Of a stretch of 64,000 bases of DNA, positions 1-10,123 are shown in pieces. Each line of letters begins with the position of its first letter. Position 1 is the first letter of the stretch. The translations under genes and the position numbers were made by a program. This DNA comes from Maribacter sp. (GTDB lineage Bacteria; Bacteroidota; Bacteroidia; Flavobacteriales; Flavobacteriaceae), in assembly GCA_030636725.1 (NCBI GenBank), contig DAOVWJ010000001.1, positions 10,207 through 74,206 of the forward strand, written 5' to 3'. The notes under the pieces are model-generated. The model saw only the letters and a list, made by a program, of their open reading frames with translations. It was not told the DNA's origin and did not search any database.

Positions 1-1
1 A

Positions 2-541
2 ATCAAAGACTGGGTCAGCAAGGGCAATACATTGATTACCATTGGCACTGCGACCAAATGGGCCGTTGATAAAAAATTGGTAAAAGAAAAATTGACAACT
101 GTGAAAAAAGACACTTCCAAGGCTATCGCTCGTAAACCGTATGTCGACGCTGGTGAGAATATAGGTAAAGAAAGCGTTGGGGGTGTGATTATCAAGGTGG
201 ATTTAGATACGACCCATCCTCTGGCCTTTGGTTATCATGATACGTCGATTCCTGTATATAAAAACAATACGGTTTGGCTGGCACCCAGTAAAAATGAATA
301 TGCCACCGTGGCTAAATATGCCTCCAGCCCTCATATAGATGGATTCATCACGAAAAAAAACATGGAAGAGAACCTAAAACCATCCGCCTCACTTGTGGTG
401 AGTAAAGTAGACTCTGGAAGGGTGATTTTATTTGCCGACAACCCGAATTTTAGAGGCTCATGGTATGGTACCAACAGACTTTTTCTAAATGCGCTGTTTT
501 TAGGTAGTCATATCAATGTACCGACCAATGGTTCTAACTAA
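2..541 (+). CDS. C-terminal part of a probable M14-family zinc carboxypeptidase with a class I glutamine amidotransferase-like C-terminal domain (5' truncated by window edge)
   Basis: Frame is open from position 2 (IKDWVSKGNTLITIG). HPLAFGY and GRVILFADNPNFRGSW..LFLNAL match the C-terminal domain of Bacteroidota M14 proteins. Confidence 0.7.
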   Translation: MKDWVSKGNTLITIGTATKWAVDKKLVKEKLTTVKKDTSKAIARKPYVDAGENIGKESVGGVIIKVDLDTTHPLAFGYHDTSIPVYKNNTVWLAPSKNEYATVAKYASSPHIDGFITKKNMEENLKPSASLVVSKVDSGRVILFADNPNFRGSWYGTNRLFLNALFLGSHINVPTNGSN

Positions 542-663
542 AAGTAATTTCAATACATCCATCTGATGAAATAAGGAGATGAATTCAACAGAACCACTAC
601 TATTAAATAGAAAATGCCCCTTCTTCGAAAAGGACATAATTAATTAACAATACAACCTTAAAA

Positions 664-2229
664 ATGAAAAAAATAACCATCTTTTTGACTGCAGTTCTTT
701 TATGGAGTTTAAATGGCACAGCGCAAAGTGCACAGGGTGACGGTCCACATTCCCAATTGATAATTCGAGGTGTAATGCTCATAAACGGTAATGGAGCGCC
801 TCCACAGGGTCCAATTGACATTGTTGTGGAGGACAATATCATTAAAAAAATTCAGATTGTAGGATATCCTGGTATGACCATTGAGGAATCTGGCCGACCA
901 AAATTAAGACCCGGGGGCAAGGAACTCGATTGCAACGGAATGTACCTTATGCCAGGATTTGTTGATATGCATGGGCATATTGGGGGTACTTCGCAAGGTG
1001 CTGATTCGGAATATGTATTTAGGTTATGGATGGGTCATGGCATTACCACAGTTCGGGAACCCAGCGGTCGCGGAGTGGACTATACCTTGGATCTTAAGCG
1101 TAAAAGTGCCAAAAATGAAATCGTTGCACCCCGAATTTTGGCCTATACCGGTTTTGGTCAAGGCAATGACGGCCCGATCACTACGCCAGAAATGGCCCGG
1201 GAATGGATTAGGAACAATGCTAAAAAAGGGGCGGATGGTGTTAAGTTTTTTGGTGCTGAGCCAGAAATCATGGATGCGGCCTTGCGTGAAAACAAAAAGC
1301 TCGGGCTGGGTTCTGCATGCCACCATGCACAGACCACGGTAGCCAGATGGAATGTGCTACATTCTGCAAAAGCCGGACTCACTAGTATGGAACATTGGTA
1401 TGGGCTTCCAGAAGCCCTGTTCAATAATCGTACGGTACAGGATTTCCCCTTGGATTATAACTATAATAACGAGCAACACAGGTTTGAACAAGCGGGTCGT
1501 TTATGGAAACAGGCTGCAGAGCCCTATTCTGAACATTGGAATGCTGTAATGGAAGAATTATTGGCCTTGGATTTTACTTTGGACCCCACTTTCAATATTT
1601 ATGAGGCCAGTCGTGATCTACAACGGGCGAGACGTGCAGAATGGCATGAAGAATATACCTTGCCATCGCTCTGGGATTTCTATCAACCCAGTAAAATATC
1701 TCACGGTTCGTATTGGCATGATTGGGGCACTGAGCAAGAAATCGTCTGGAAAGAAAACTACAAACTTTGGATGACCTTTGTGAACGAATACAAAAACCGA
1801 GGAGGACGCGTCACTACAGGTTCCGATTCAGGATTTATTTTCCAATTGTATGGTTTTGCCTATGTGCGTGAATTGGAGTTATTACGAGAAGCAGGGTTCC
1901 ACCCTTTGGAGATTATTCGTTCTGCGACCTTGAATGGTGCTGAAGCTTTGGGAATGGATGATAAGATTGGGAGCGTTAGAGTAGGTAAACTTGCCGATTT
2001 CGCAATTGTTGAGGAAAACCCGCTTAAAAATCTAAAGGTGTTGTATGGGACGGGCGCCATACGACTTACCGAAGATAACGAAGTTGTTCGCGTTGGTGGT
2101 GTAAAATATACCATTAAAGACGGTATCATATATGACGCCAAGGCCTTGCTTAAAGAAGTCAAGGATATGGTTGCAGCCGAAAAACAGAAATTAAACTACA
2201 AAATAGTACAGCCAGGAATAAAGGAATAG
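664..2229 (+). CDS. Secreted amidohydrolase-family protein
   Basis: Signal peptide; PGFVDMHGH metal motif; GSDSG; GKLADFAIVEENP C-terminal signature. Confidence 0.85.
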   Translation: MKKITIFLTAVLLWSLNGTAQSAQGDGPHSQLIIRGVMLINGNGAPPQGPIDIVVEDNIIKKIQIVGYPGMTIEESGRPKLRPGGKELDCNGMYLMPGFVDMHGHIGGTSQGADSEYVFRLWMGHGITTVREPSGRGVDYTLDLKRKSAKNEIVAPRILAYTGFGQGNDGPITTPEMAREWIRNNAKKGADGVKFFGAEPEIMDAALRENKKLGLGSACHHAQTTVARWNVLHSAKAGLTSMEHWYGLPEALFNNRTVQDFPLDYNYNNEQHRFEQAGRLWKQAAEPYSEHWNAVMEELLALDFTLDPTFNIYEASRDLQRARRAEWHEEYTLPSLWDFYQPSKISHGSYWHDWGTEQEIVWKENYKLWMTFVNEYKNRGGRVTTGSDSGFIFQLYGFAYVRELELLREAGFHPLEIIRSATLNGAEALGMDDKIGSVRVGKLADFAIVEENPLKNLKVLYGTGAIRLTEDNEVVRVGGVKYTIKDGIIYDAKALLKEVKDMVAAEKQKLNYKIVQPGIKE

Positions 2230-2515
2230 GCAGGTCGGGATTCGTTGATCCCCTCTACTAAATAACGCTATATTTTGAAAATACTTAGCTATACCATCAA
2301 TTGGTACTGCAGTACATTATGTGAAGAAATAAATCTTATTTCTGAACGGGAACTTTCAAGGGTTGTAAAAAGCCCATGGTCTTTTGAAAAAGAATTACGT
2401 TCACCATTAAAAGCACAATAGGAAGCAATAGAATAAAAAGTACCATAGTCTACAGGTTTTTAGACATCATTTAGAGTGATGTCCTTTTTAGAGTTTATAT
2501 ATTCGGTTACAAATA

Positions 2516-2773
2516 TTACGATAATTTGGGTTTGTTATTTTTCGTAGTGAAAGTCAAAGCTTTTTTTATACGAGAGTTTTTAAACTTGTATAAACGTGCT
2601 ACGCTTTTTTTAATAGTAACCTTAACTTCTTTAAAACCGCTAGAAGTGTCAATCCCACTATCCAAAACAGTACCCATTTTAAGAGGTTCCACTGTATCAT
2701 AATTTTGTGTGTTTTGTGCTAGAGCCATAGCTCCGAAAAAAAGAATAAAAATAAGAGTGATAATTGCTTTCAT
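2516..2773 (-). CDS. Small secreted protein, paralog 1 of 4 (85 aa)
   Basis: Internal ATG at 2773 gives MKAIITLIFILFFGAMALA/Q (signal peptide). C-terminus VARLYKFKNSRIKKALTFTTKNNKPKLS is shared with three other ORFs in the window. Confidence 0.85.
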   Translation of the reverse strand: MKAIITLIFILFFGAMALAQNTQNYDTVEPLKMGTVLDSGIDTSSGFKEVKVTIKKSVARLYKFKNSRIKKALTFTTKNNKPKLS

Positions 2774-2852
2774 GACTTGGGGTCTTGCGTTATAAAGATA
2801 AGCCCGTGCATAGCTCTGGGAAGCTGTAAGTCGTTGAAAGTCAATGTTTTTT

Positions 2853-2947
2853 CGGTTATCGAAAAAAGATTGGATAAAGTGCAGAGAAAGTTGGATAAAC
2901 GTTTTAAGGACCAAAAGCCACTTACCGATCAATAGTGGTGTTAAACG
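2853..2947. promoter_or_regulatory. Five-box operator array upstream of paralog 1
   Basis: cggttat 2853, ggataaa 2872, ggataaa 2893, cttaccg 2921, ttaaacg 2941; spacing 19/21/28/20, as at the other paralogs. Confidence 0.7.
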
Positions 2948-3382
2948 ATATTTTGATAAGTATTTTTATAGGTTTCTGAACCAAAATTCTAATAGAAGTC
3001 GGCTATTCAATATAGGAATTCGACCAGGTGGGGCTAAATATTCAAAAAAAAACTTGCTATCTTCCATGGAAATCAATGGCGTTGATACTTCTTAAAAATC
3101 GAAATTAAGAATCAATGTGAAGACTAGGAATTCGGTTTAAAAAGGTAAAACATCCGGACATATCTTGCAGCATCACCTAAAACCCAAATACTATAAATTT
3201 CTATTTCCATGGAAAAAAGACGAAAAAGAAGTTTGGATGAATATCTTCTGAGTTGACTTTGGGGATAAAAGTTGTCAATAAACCAACTATAGATTGGTGG
3301 CAATGAGAATTACTTTGTCAGCATAAAGTCAATGGATAACAAAAAACCTTTTGTACTTGACGTTAAAAAGAGATACTTGACC

Positions 3383-3622
3383 CTAAGCCAACTTAGAACG
3401 TCCCCACTTGGTCCTAAATGCCAGGGCACTTTTTATTTTGGAATGTTTAAACTTATAAATACCTGTCAGGTTATTATCGATTTTCAATGCAGGTTTGTTT
3501 AACAAGGTAGTCAATACAAAACCGTTTTCCTGTAGGTGTATATTCTTTTGGTCTCTTTTGTCCTGGGCATGGGAAATAGCTCCAATACATAAAAATACTG
3601 TCAACAAGAAAAGGGTCCGCAT
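3383..3622 (-). CDS. Small secreted protein, paralog 2 of 4 (79 aa, most divergent)
   Basis: MRTLFLLTVFLCIGAISHA/Q signal peptide; C-terminus LTGIYKFKHSKIKSALAFRTKWGRSKLA aligns with the family motif. Confidence 0.8.
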   Translation of the reverse strand: MRTLFLLTVFLCIGAISHAQDKRDQKNIHLQENGFVLTTLLNKPALKIDNNLTGIYKFKHSKIKSALAFRTKWGRSKLA

Positions 3623-3704
3623 AGCTTTAGTTCGTTTGGTTCCCTTTGATAACTTACTATGGTCTGTTTCTCTTTGTTATTATTCGACAAAAAGCATATT
3701 TCAT

Positions 3705-3800
3705 CGTCGTATTACGCTTTTCCCGATGAAATACATGATTTTATCGAGGAACTCCACATTTTATTAACACACTTCATCGATATTTTCAAGCAGTTCATCG
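3705..3800. promoter_or_regulatory. Five-box operator array upstream of paralog 2
   Basis: cgtcgta 3705 (degenerate), cgatgaa 3724, cgaggaa 3745, ttcatcg 3773, ttcatcg 3794; spacing 19/21/28/21. Confidence 0.7.
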
Positions 3801-3980
3801 ATAATAATGACTGTTCAAAGTATCCTAAAATTCGAAATTAAGATTATTTAAGGAAGGTTACCACGGTTTAGGTTTCAATTCATGGATAGGAAATCAGTAG
3901 AAGCAATGGCGCAATTTTAAGAATTACAATTCTTTTACTACAACCCTAGCACTTACTCAGGAATACAAATCGAATCTCCT

Positions 3981-6539
3981 TTACCTTACTTCTTTACGAA
4001 GTACTTGTAGCGGTGGGCTACTTATTACACTTCTACTGTTTACCAAACCTATGGCCAACACCAATAGAGTTATCCCTGGTAAGAGAATTAAGAAAGGTTC
4101 CATAGCAGGGGTGAACGGGGTCTTAAAAACAAATACAGCCAGTAATTGACTACCGAACAACGAAAGCAAAATACCAATACCACTTCCTAAAACTCCCAAA
4201 TACAGATATTCCAAAGCCGTGATTTTTAATATCTGTTGGCTACGTGCTCCAATAGTTCGGAGTAACACGCTTTCCCTTATCCGCTGGTATTTACTGTTAC
4301 GCACAGAACCTATCAAAACAATTATACCTGTTAGAATACTAAAAAATGCCATGAAATTGATTGCCCAAGAGATTTTATCCAAGATACTTTCTACGATGGT
4401 AATGACCTGCCTTAAATCGATAATGGAGACATTGGGGAATTTACGCACCAATTCTTGCTGCAATTCTGCCGAAGCCCTTTCATTGGGCACATTGGTAGAC
4501 AATACATTAAACTGTGGGGCATTCTCCAATACCCCCTTGGGGAATACAATAGAGAAATTCATTTGCATACGGCTCCAATCCACCTCGCGAATACTACCTA
4601 CAACTGTTTCCATAAGCACCCCTTGCACGTTAAAAACCATACTATCCCCTATAACAACTTGCGCATCTCTGGCCACATTGTCTGATAATGAAATAGGATA
4701 AGGTTTTTCGTTGGTGGTAACTTCAGGAACCCAATCCCCTTCGGTCAAAGTTTCTGACGCAATCAATGAACCGCGATACGTGGTCCTAAATTCGTGGTAT
4801 AATATCCATTTGTTTATGGTGATTAGCGTATCTAAACGCATATCGTTCACTGGTCTACCCTTAATACTATGAACCCTCATGGTCACAATGGGTATATTAT
4901 CAATAACCGGCAAACCTTTAGGAGTAATACTGTTTAGAACAGCATCCTTTTGATGGGTCTGTACGTCGAGCAGAATCATATTAGGATTTTGCTCACTGTT
5001 GTCCAAAGTCGTTTTTGCCAATAAGATATCTTTTGTGAAATATAGTGTACTAATTAGAAAGGCACCCACTCCAATAGCCAAGATCAGAACCATGGTCTGA
5101 TTATTCGGCCTGAAAAGATTCAGTAAGCTTTGACGTGCGATAAAGCCCCATGAGGTTGGGAAATACTTTTTTATTCCTTTCATGAATAAAGTTGCTATTC
5201 CTGACAGTATCGAAAAAGTCACTAAGATACCCACAACAAAAGCCAAGGCAATTTGCCAATTTTCAAGTAACCAAAGTGAAAACAAAAAGATAAACAGAAG
5301 AATGACGATTAGCACCAAAATAGAGGCTTTTCGCGACTTGGTATTATCAACTTCCTGAATGCGCAATACCTGTAAAGGCGAAACATACCATGTACCCAGC
5401 AAGGGTGAAAGCGCAAATAAGACCGACATAAAGACTCCTAGCAGCAGGCCTAACAATATGGGTTGTGCCGATAGTGTAATCTGAACCTCAAAGGGTAGAA
5501 AATCCTGAAGGATAAATGGGAAAAGTTGTTGCAGGGAAACACCAGCAAAAGTACCGAGGAATCCTCCCAATAAACCCATTCCAGCTATTTGGATAAGGTA
5601 TATTGAGAATGTCTGTTTTCGAGTGGCCCCAATGCACTTAAGAACGGCCACAGCACGCAATTTTTCTTTAATGTAAATATGTACCGAACTGGCTATGCCC
5701 ACACACCCCAATAAGAGGGCGATAAAAGCCACTAGATTCATAAACTTACCCACATTTTCATAACGACGACCTAGTCGCTGACTGGTTTGGGTATGGGTAT
5801 CCATATCAGCATTTTCAACATCGAGCACCGGATCAATTTCTTTGTAAATTTTTTCCAAATCCGTAGTGGTGTCTGCCCTAAAATAATAATTGTACCCTAC
5901 CCTACTTCCTTTTTGTAAGAGCCCTGTGTCTTTAATAAAACGATATGGAAGTACTATGGGTGGAGCAACGGAGGCAGATATGGCAGTACTTCCAGGTGCT
6001 GACTTTAATGATCCGATAATGGGAAAGGTCAATTCTCCAACCTTAACGCTATCTCCAGGCTGCAGGTTAAATTGCAGCATCACGGTAGCATCAACCAAGG
6101 CTCCTTCAGCATTAATGTACTCTTTGGCGGCAGAAGCGGGTTCGGTCTCCAACGTACCATATATAGGAAAATCACCTTCTATGCCCCGTACTTGCACTAA
6201 TTTAGTGGCTTTCCCTTTTGAAAAAGCGGCCATGGATACAAATTTAACTTCCATACCTTCTTCCCCACCCAAGGAGTCAATAATACCCTGTACTCTTTCA
6301 TTGGGTAATTGATCACTATCAATAAGATAGTCAGCTCCCATAAGTGCCTTGGATTGCAATGTAATATTTTGCTTTAAATTTTCACTAAAAGACTGTATCG
6401 AAACTACAGCCGCAATTCCCAAAATGATTGAGGCCATAAAAAGCATCAATCTCCTGCCACTGGCCTTGCCATCTCGCCAAGCCATTTTTAGAAGCCACCC
6501 AAAGCCTGCTTTAGTAGTATATTTTGAAGTTTTGCTCAC
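3981..6539 (-). CDS. ABC transporter permease, YbbP-like (two FtsX-type membrane domains)
   Basis: 852 aa with two FtsX-like TM blocks (AVLKCIGA, VLLRTIGA); adjacent to a YbbA-like ATPase and TesA-like esterase. Confidence 0.85.
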   Translation of the reverse strand: MSKTSKYTTKAGFGWLLKMAWRDGKASGRRLMLFMASIILGIAAVVSIQSFSENLKQNITLQSKALMGADYLIDSDQLPNERVQGIIDSLGGEEGMEVKFVSMAAFSKGKATKLVQVRGIEGDFPIYGTLETEPASAAKEYINAEGALVDATVMLQFNLQPGDSVKVGELTFPIIGSLKSAPGSTAISASVAPPIVLPYRFIKDTGLLQKGSRVGYNYYFRADTTTDLEKIYKEIDPVLDVENADMDTHTQTSQRLGRRYENVGKFMNLVAFIALLLGCVGIASSVHIYIKEKLRAVAVLKCIGATRKQTFSIYLIQIAGMGLLGGFLGTFAGVSLQQLFPFILQDFLPFEVQITLSAQPILLGLLLGVFMSVLFALSPLLGTWYVSPLQVLRIQEVDNTKSRKASILVLIVILLFIFLFSLWLLENWQIALAFVVGILVTFSILSGIATLFMKGIKKYFPTSWGFIARQSLLNLFRPNNQTMVLILAIGVGAFLISTLYFTKDILLAKTTLDNSEQNPNMILLDVQTHQKDAVLNSITPKGLPVIDNIPIVTMRVHSIKGRPVNDMRLDTLITINKWILYHEFRTTYRGSLIASETLTEGDWVPEVTTNEKPYPISLSDNVARDAQVVIGDSMVFNVQGVLMETVVGSIREVDWSRMQMNFSIVFPKGVLENAPQFNVLSTNVPNERASAELQQELVRKFPNVSIIDLRQVITIVESILDKISWAINFMAFFSILTGIIVLIGSVRNSKYQRIRESVLLRTIGARSQQILKITALEYLYLGVLGSGIGILLSLFGSQLLAVFVFKTPFTPAMEPFLILLPGITLLVLAIGLVNSRSVISSPPLQVLRKEVR

Positions 6540-7225
6540 AATGGTACGGTGCTTTCGTTAGCCATTATTTTTCCTCCCTTTAATCGAAGTATATGTTGGT
6601 TTCTTTTGGCCAAATCAAGATCATGGGTCACAATGACCAGGGTCGTACCAGCTTCTTGGTTTAAATCAAAAAGTAATTGTACTACTTTTTGCCCTGTTTC
6701 CTCATCAAGGTTTCCCGTGGGTTCATCAGCAAACAGTATCGAAGGGCCATTTGAAAAAGCGCGGGCCAAGGCAACACGTTGTTGTTCTCCCCCAGAAAGT
6801 TGTGAAGGATAATGGTGCATTCGATCTGCCAACCCTACCTTGCCTAACAATTCCTTGGCCTTAGCACCAGCGTTTTTCGCACCTTGCAATTCTAAAGGAA
6901 CACTCACATTTTCCAAGGCCGTTAATGTAGGCAGTAATTGAAAGTCTTGAAAAATAAAACCCACATTGTTGTTTCTTAGTAACGCACGCTCATCTTCATC
7001 CATAGCACTTAGTTCAGAACCACAGAGTTCAATGGTACCTAAATCAGGTTGATCAAGCCCTGCACAAAGTCCCAATAAAGTCGTTTTTCCACTACCAGAT
7101 GGACCCACAATGGCAAAGGTATCTCCTTCTTCTATATCAAAAGAGATATCATCCAATACCGTCAAATCCTTGGAACCGCTCGTATATGTTTTCTTCAGAT
7201 TACGAACGTTTAATATCTTTGCCAT
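6536..7225 (-). CDS. ABC transporter ATP-binding protein, YbbA/LolD-like
   Basis: Walker A GPSGSGKT, signature LSGGEQQR, Walker B ILFADEPTGNLD. Confidence 0.92.
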   Translation of the reverse strand: MAKILNVRNLKKTYTSGSKDLTVLDDISFDIEEGDTFAIVGPSGSGKTTLLGLCAGLDQPDLGTIELCGSELSAMDEDERALLRNNNVGFIFQDFQLLPTLTALENVSVPLELQGAKNAGAKAKELLGKVGLADRMHHYPSQLSGGEQQRVALARAFSNGPSILFADEPTGNLDEETGQKVVQLLFDLNQEAGTTLVIVTHDLDLAKRNQHILRLKGGKIMANESTVPL

Positions 7226-7299
7226 ATTCCATTTTTATAGTTTACATTGGCCAAAGAGGCAATTTAAGGAAATGATTTTGATATTTTGACCCTATACCT

Positions 7300-7992
7300 A
7301 TGCATACAATCTTAAAGTTTAGTTATTTTTTGATGTTTCTTTTTTTGCTTTCTTGCGGTGAGAAAGTCGATAAACAAGCTGAAAGCAAAACGACCGAAGT
7401 TATAGGAGGTGAAAAAACACCTTCCGTAGAAACAACACGAAAGATCATCTTGTTCTTTGGCAATAGCCTTACAGCGGGGATGGGATTAGACCCCGAGGAG
7501 GCATTTCCAGCGGTCATCCAGAAAAAATTGGATTCATTGCAGTTCGATTATGAGGTAATCAATGCTGGGCTAAGTGGTGAAACCACTGCAAGTGGAAAAA
7601 ACAGGTTGAACTGGGTGCTAAACCAAAAAGTCGATGTTTTTATTTTAGAACTTGGCGCCAATGATGGGTTACGGGGCATACCTCTTGAAGAAACCCGCAA
7701 CAACCTTCAGGCAATAATTACCGCGGTACTTGAAAAAAATCCAAACACAGAGATAATATTGGCTGGAATGCAGATTCCACCTAATATGGGAAAAGATTAT
7801 ACCACTGAATTTCGCGAAATCTTTCCAATATTGTCCGAAAAGAACACTACACGCCTTATTCCTTTTTTGCTGGAAGATGTTGCAGGGATTCCAGAATTAA
7901 ATCAAGGTGATGGCATTCACCCTACTACCGAAGGACAAAAAATCGTGGCAAACAATGTTTGGGAAATTTTAAAGGAGGTAGTTACGAAATAA
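7300..7992 (+). CDS. tesA: Arylesterase/acyl-CoA thioesterase TesA-like, SGNH/GDSL lipoprotein
   Basis: Lipobox LLSC; GNSL block I; ELGANDGLRG; DGIHP; divergent from the ybbA-like gene as in the known tesA-ybbAP arrangement. Confidence 0.8.
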   Translation: MHTILKFSYFLMFLFLLSCGEKVDKQAESKTTEVIGGEKTPSVETTRKIILFFGNSLTAGMGLDPEEAFPAVIQKKLDSLQFDYEVINAGLSGETTASGKNRLNWVLNQKVDVFILELGANDGLRGIPLEETRNNLQAIITAVLEKNPNTEIILAGMQIPPNMGKDYTTEFREIFPILSEKNTTRLIPFLLEDVAGIPELNQGDGIHPTTEGQKIVANNVWEILKEVVTK

Positions 7993-8008
7993 ACGTGTTG
8001 AAGTTTTC

Positions 8009-8227
8009 TTAAGCCAATTTAGCTTTGTTTCTTTTAGTGGTAAAAGATAAAGCCTTCTTTACTCTAGCATTCTGGAATTTGTACAAACGAGCCACGGTGT
8101 TCTCATTAGAGGTAGAAGTAACGATGGTCATTTCAACAGTCTCTACCTTAACATCGGCCTTAGTATCTTGGGCCTGGACAGTTACTCCGGCTGTAAGAAC
8201 AAAAAATAAAGTTAAGATAGTTTTCAT
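8009..8227 (-). CDS. Small secreted protein, paralog 3 of 4 (72 aa)
   Basis: MKTILTLFFVLTAGVTVQA/Q signal peptide; family C-terminal motif; changes relative to paralog 4 are mostly synonymous. Confidence 0.88.
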   Translation of the reverse strand: MKTILTLFFVLTAGVTVQAQDTKADVKVETVEMTIVTSTSNENTVARLYKFQNARVKKALSFTTKRNKAKLA

Positions 8228-8305
8228 GACTTGCGTTTTTATATAATAAAAACGTAGCATAGTGTATCCCACGGGCTTGCAAATCGCTCAAAACCCCTTA
8301 TTTTT

Positions 8306-8400
8306 CGGTAACTGACAAAAATCCGGATAAAGTGTGAAAAATGCTCGACGAACGAAACCAACACCAAAAACACCTTACCGAAGGTTTGTGTATTTCATCG
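8306..8400. promoter_or_regulatory. Five-box operator array upstream of paralog 3
   Basis: cggtaac 8306, ggataaa 8325, cgacgaa 8346, cttaccg 8374, ttcatcg 8394; spacing 19/21/28/20. Confidence 0.72.
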
Positions 8401-8539
8401 TAAATCCCTATCCTAAACTTCTCGAGGAAATACCTTTTTTTTATTCAGAACGTGGTGTTTAAACCTTTCGTCCTAAATTTTTAAACCATAGTATTACCTT
8501 TAAGGTCTACGTGACCAAGACTCATTATACTATTGATCC

Positions 8540-10081
8540 ATGAAAAAACAATTGTTGATTGCCATACTACTAAGTATTTTATATGCCTGTAATACTGAAA
8601 AACCTGTAACCAAAAAACCAAATATAATATTGATCATGGCTGACGATATTGGCATATCGGACATCGGTAGTTACGGCAGCGAGATAAAAACTCCAAATAT
8701 TGATTTTTTGGCCAATGAAGGGTTAAAATTCAAGACCTTTTATAATATGGCCAAATGCAATCCCACACGTTCCTCATTGCTAACCGGATTATATAAAGGT
8801 GGAAGTGGAGCCGTTCATTTGGCACATCTTACAAAAAAAGCAGGGTATTACAATATTATGAGTGGCAAGGAACATTTTGACAAATGGGTGCCCGATTACT
8901 GCAAGGCCGAAAATGTGTTTGACCATTCGTTTACTTTTTGGGCCACCACGGAGTATTTTTTACCTCCTTCCGGCAAATTTGAAAGGCCTTTTTATTTAGA
9001 GGGACAAGAAATCGATGCTAGTGAAATTCAACATGAGCAAGCCCCAATGTACAAAACCGATTTTATTACGGATTATGCCCTAAACTGGTTGGATGACACC
9101 TTCGAACAAGAAGATCCCTTTTTCCTTTATTTACCCTATCATGCCGCCCATTACCCGCTACAAGCGAGACCAGATGATATTGCAAAATATAGAGGAACAT
9201 ATTTGAAAGGATGGGATTCTTTGCGTCAAGAGCGTTTTAAAAAAATGAAAAAACTTAACGTACTGCCCAAAAATGCGCTATTAAGTCCGCCTGAAGGGAA
9301 CTTAAATACTTTAAGAGGACCTTTGATACCCGATTATACAGATTATCATCCTTGGGAAAGTCTTTCAAATAGTAAAAAAGATTCACTCGATTTGGAAATG
9401 GCCGTATATGCAGCGATCATAGACAGAATGGATCAGAACATTGGTCGTGTTTTGGACAAATTAAGAGATAAGGGTGAATTGGAAAATACCATTATCATGT
9501 TTTTGGTCGATAATGGTTCCTGCCCCTTTTATTCAAACAAAATCAAGGATGTAGAAGCTGGACCTGCCAATTCGTATTGGAGTTTACGGTCTAGCTGGGC
9601 AAATTTGGCAAATACTCCTTATAGACAATTTAAGCAATGTGGTCATGAAGGTGGAAGTCATACTCCATTTATTGCCTATTGGCCAGGTGTTATCGAACCT
9701 GGCACCATAACGGATCAACCCGGTCATGTCGTAGACGTTGCCCCCACATTCTTGGATATTCTACAAACGCAATATCCCGATAGTATCAATGGGCATAAGA
9801 CTATTCCACTTGCGGGCAATTCACTGCTTCCAATTTTAAAGGGCGAAAAACGGAAAGAACCCGAGTATTTTATCTCAGGTTTGGATAAATTTAGAATGTT
9901 CAGAAAAGGAGATTATAAAATAGTTCGATTAAATGGTGGAAATTGGGAGTTATACAATTTACGACAAGATCCAACAGAACTCAATAATCTCTCAAAATCC
10001 CATCCGGAAAAATTGAAGGAATTATCGGAGGACTACAAGAATCTGGAGCCTGAATTGAACAAGAGTAGCTATGCACTCTAA
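8540..10081 (+). CDS. Arylsulfatase (formylglycine-dependent, Cys-type), lipoprotein
   Basis: PNIILIMADD; CNPTR (CxPxR); GKEH; DNG; lipobox LYAC. Confidence 0.92.
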   Translation: MKKQLLIAILLSILYACNTEKPVTKKPNIILIMADDIGISDIGSYGSEIKTPNIDFLANEGLKFKTFYNMAKCNPTRSSLLTGLYKGGSGAVHLAHLTKKAGYYNIMSGKEHFDKWVPDYCKAENVFDHSFTFWATTEYFLPPSGKFERPFYLEGQEIDASEIQHEQAPMYKTDFITDYALNWLDDTFEQEDPFFLYLPYHAAHYPLQARPDDIAKYRGTYLKGWDSLRQERFKKMKKLNVLPKNALLSPPEGNLNTLRGPLIPDYTDYHPWESLSNSKKDSLDLEMAVYAAIIDRMDQNIGRVLDKLRDKGELENTIIMFLVDNGSCPFYSNKIKDVEAGPANSYWSLRSSWANLANTPYRQFKQCGHEGGSHTPFIAYWPGVIEPGTITDQPGHVVDVAPTFLDILQTQYPDSINGHKTIPLAGNSLLPILKGEKRKEPEYFISGLDKFRMFRKGDYKIVRLNGGNWELYNLRQDPTELNNLSKSHPEKLKELSEDYKNLEPELNKSSYAL

Positions 10082-10123
10082 AGGCCTTACCATTCCCAAT
10101 GAAGTTATCCAATTGAACCTATT

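Larger units (their letters stand above)
8009..8400. repeat. Direct repeat copy A (small gene plus its operator region)
   Basis: Co-linear and highly similar to 11531-11922 (offset 3522 bp). Confidence 0.95.

Noticed and set aside
2774-2932. N-terminal extensions of the small-gene ORFs in the track (138, 87 and 83 aa versions)
   Set aside because: They run through the operator/promoter DNA. The internal ATGs (2773, 8227, 11749) give clean signal peptides aligned with paralog 2.
3981-7992. ABC transporter as a dedicated exporter of the small peptides
   Set aside because: It is the widespread YbbAP-TesA module with no C39 peptidase domain, and the peptides have Sec signals. Adjacency alone is insufficient, though conserved linkage is worth checking.
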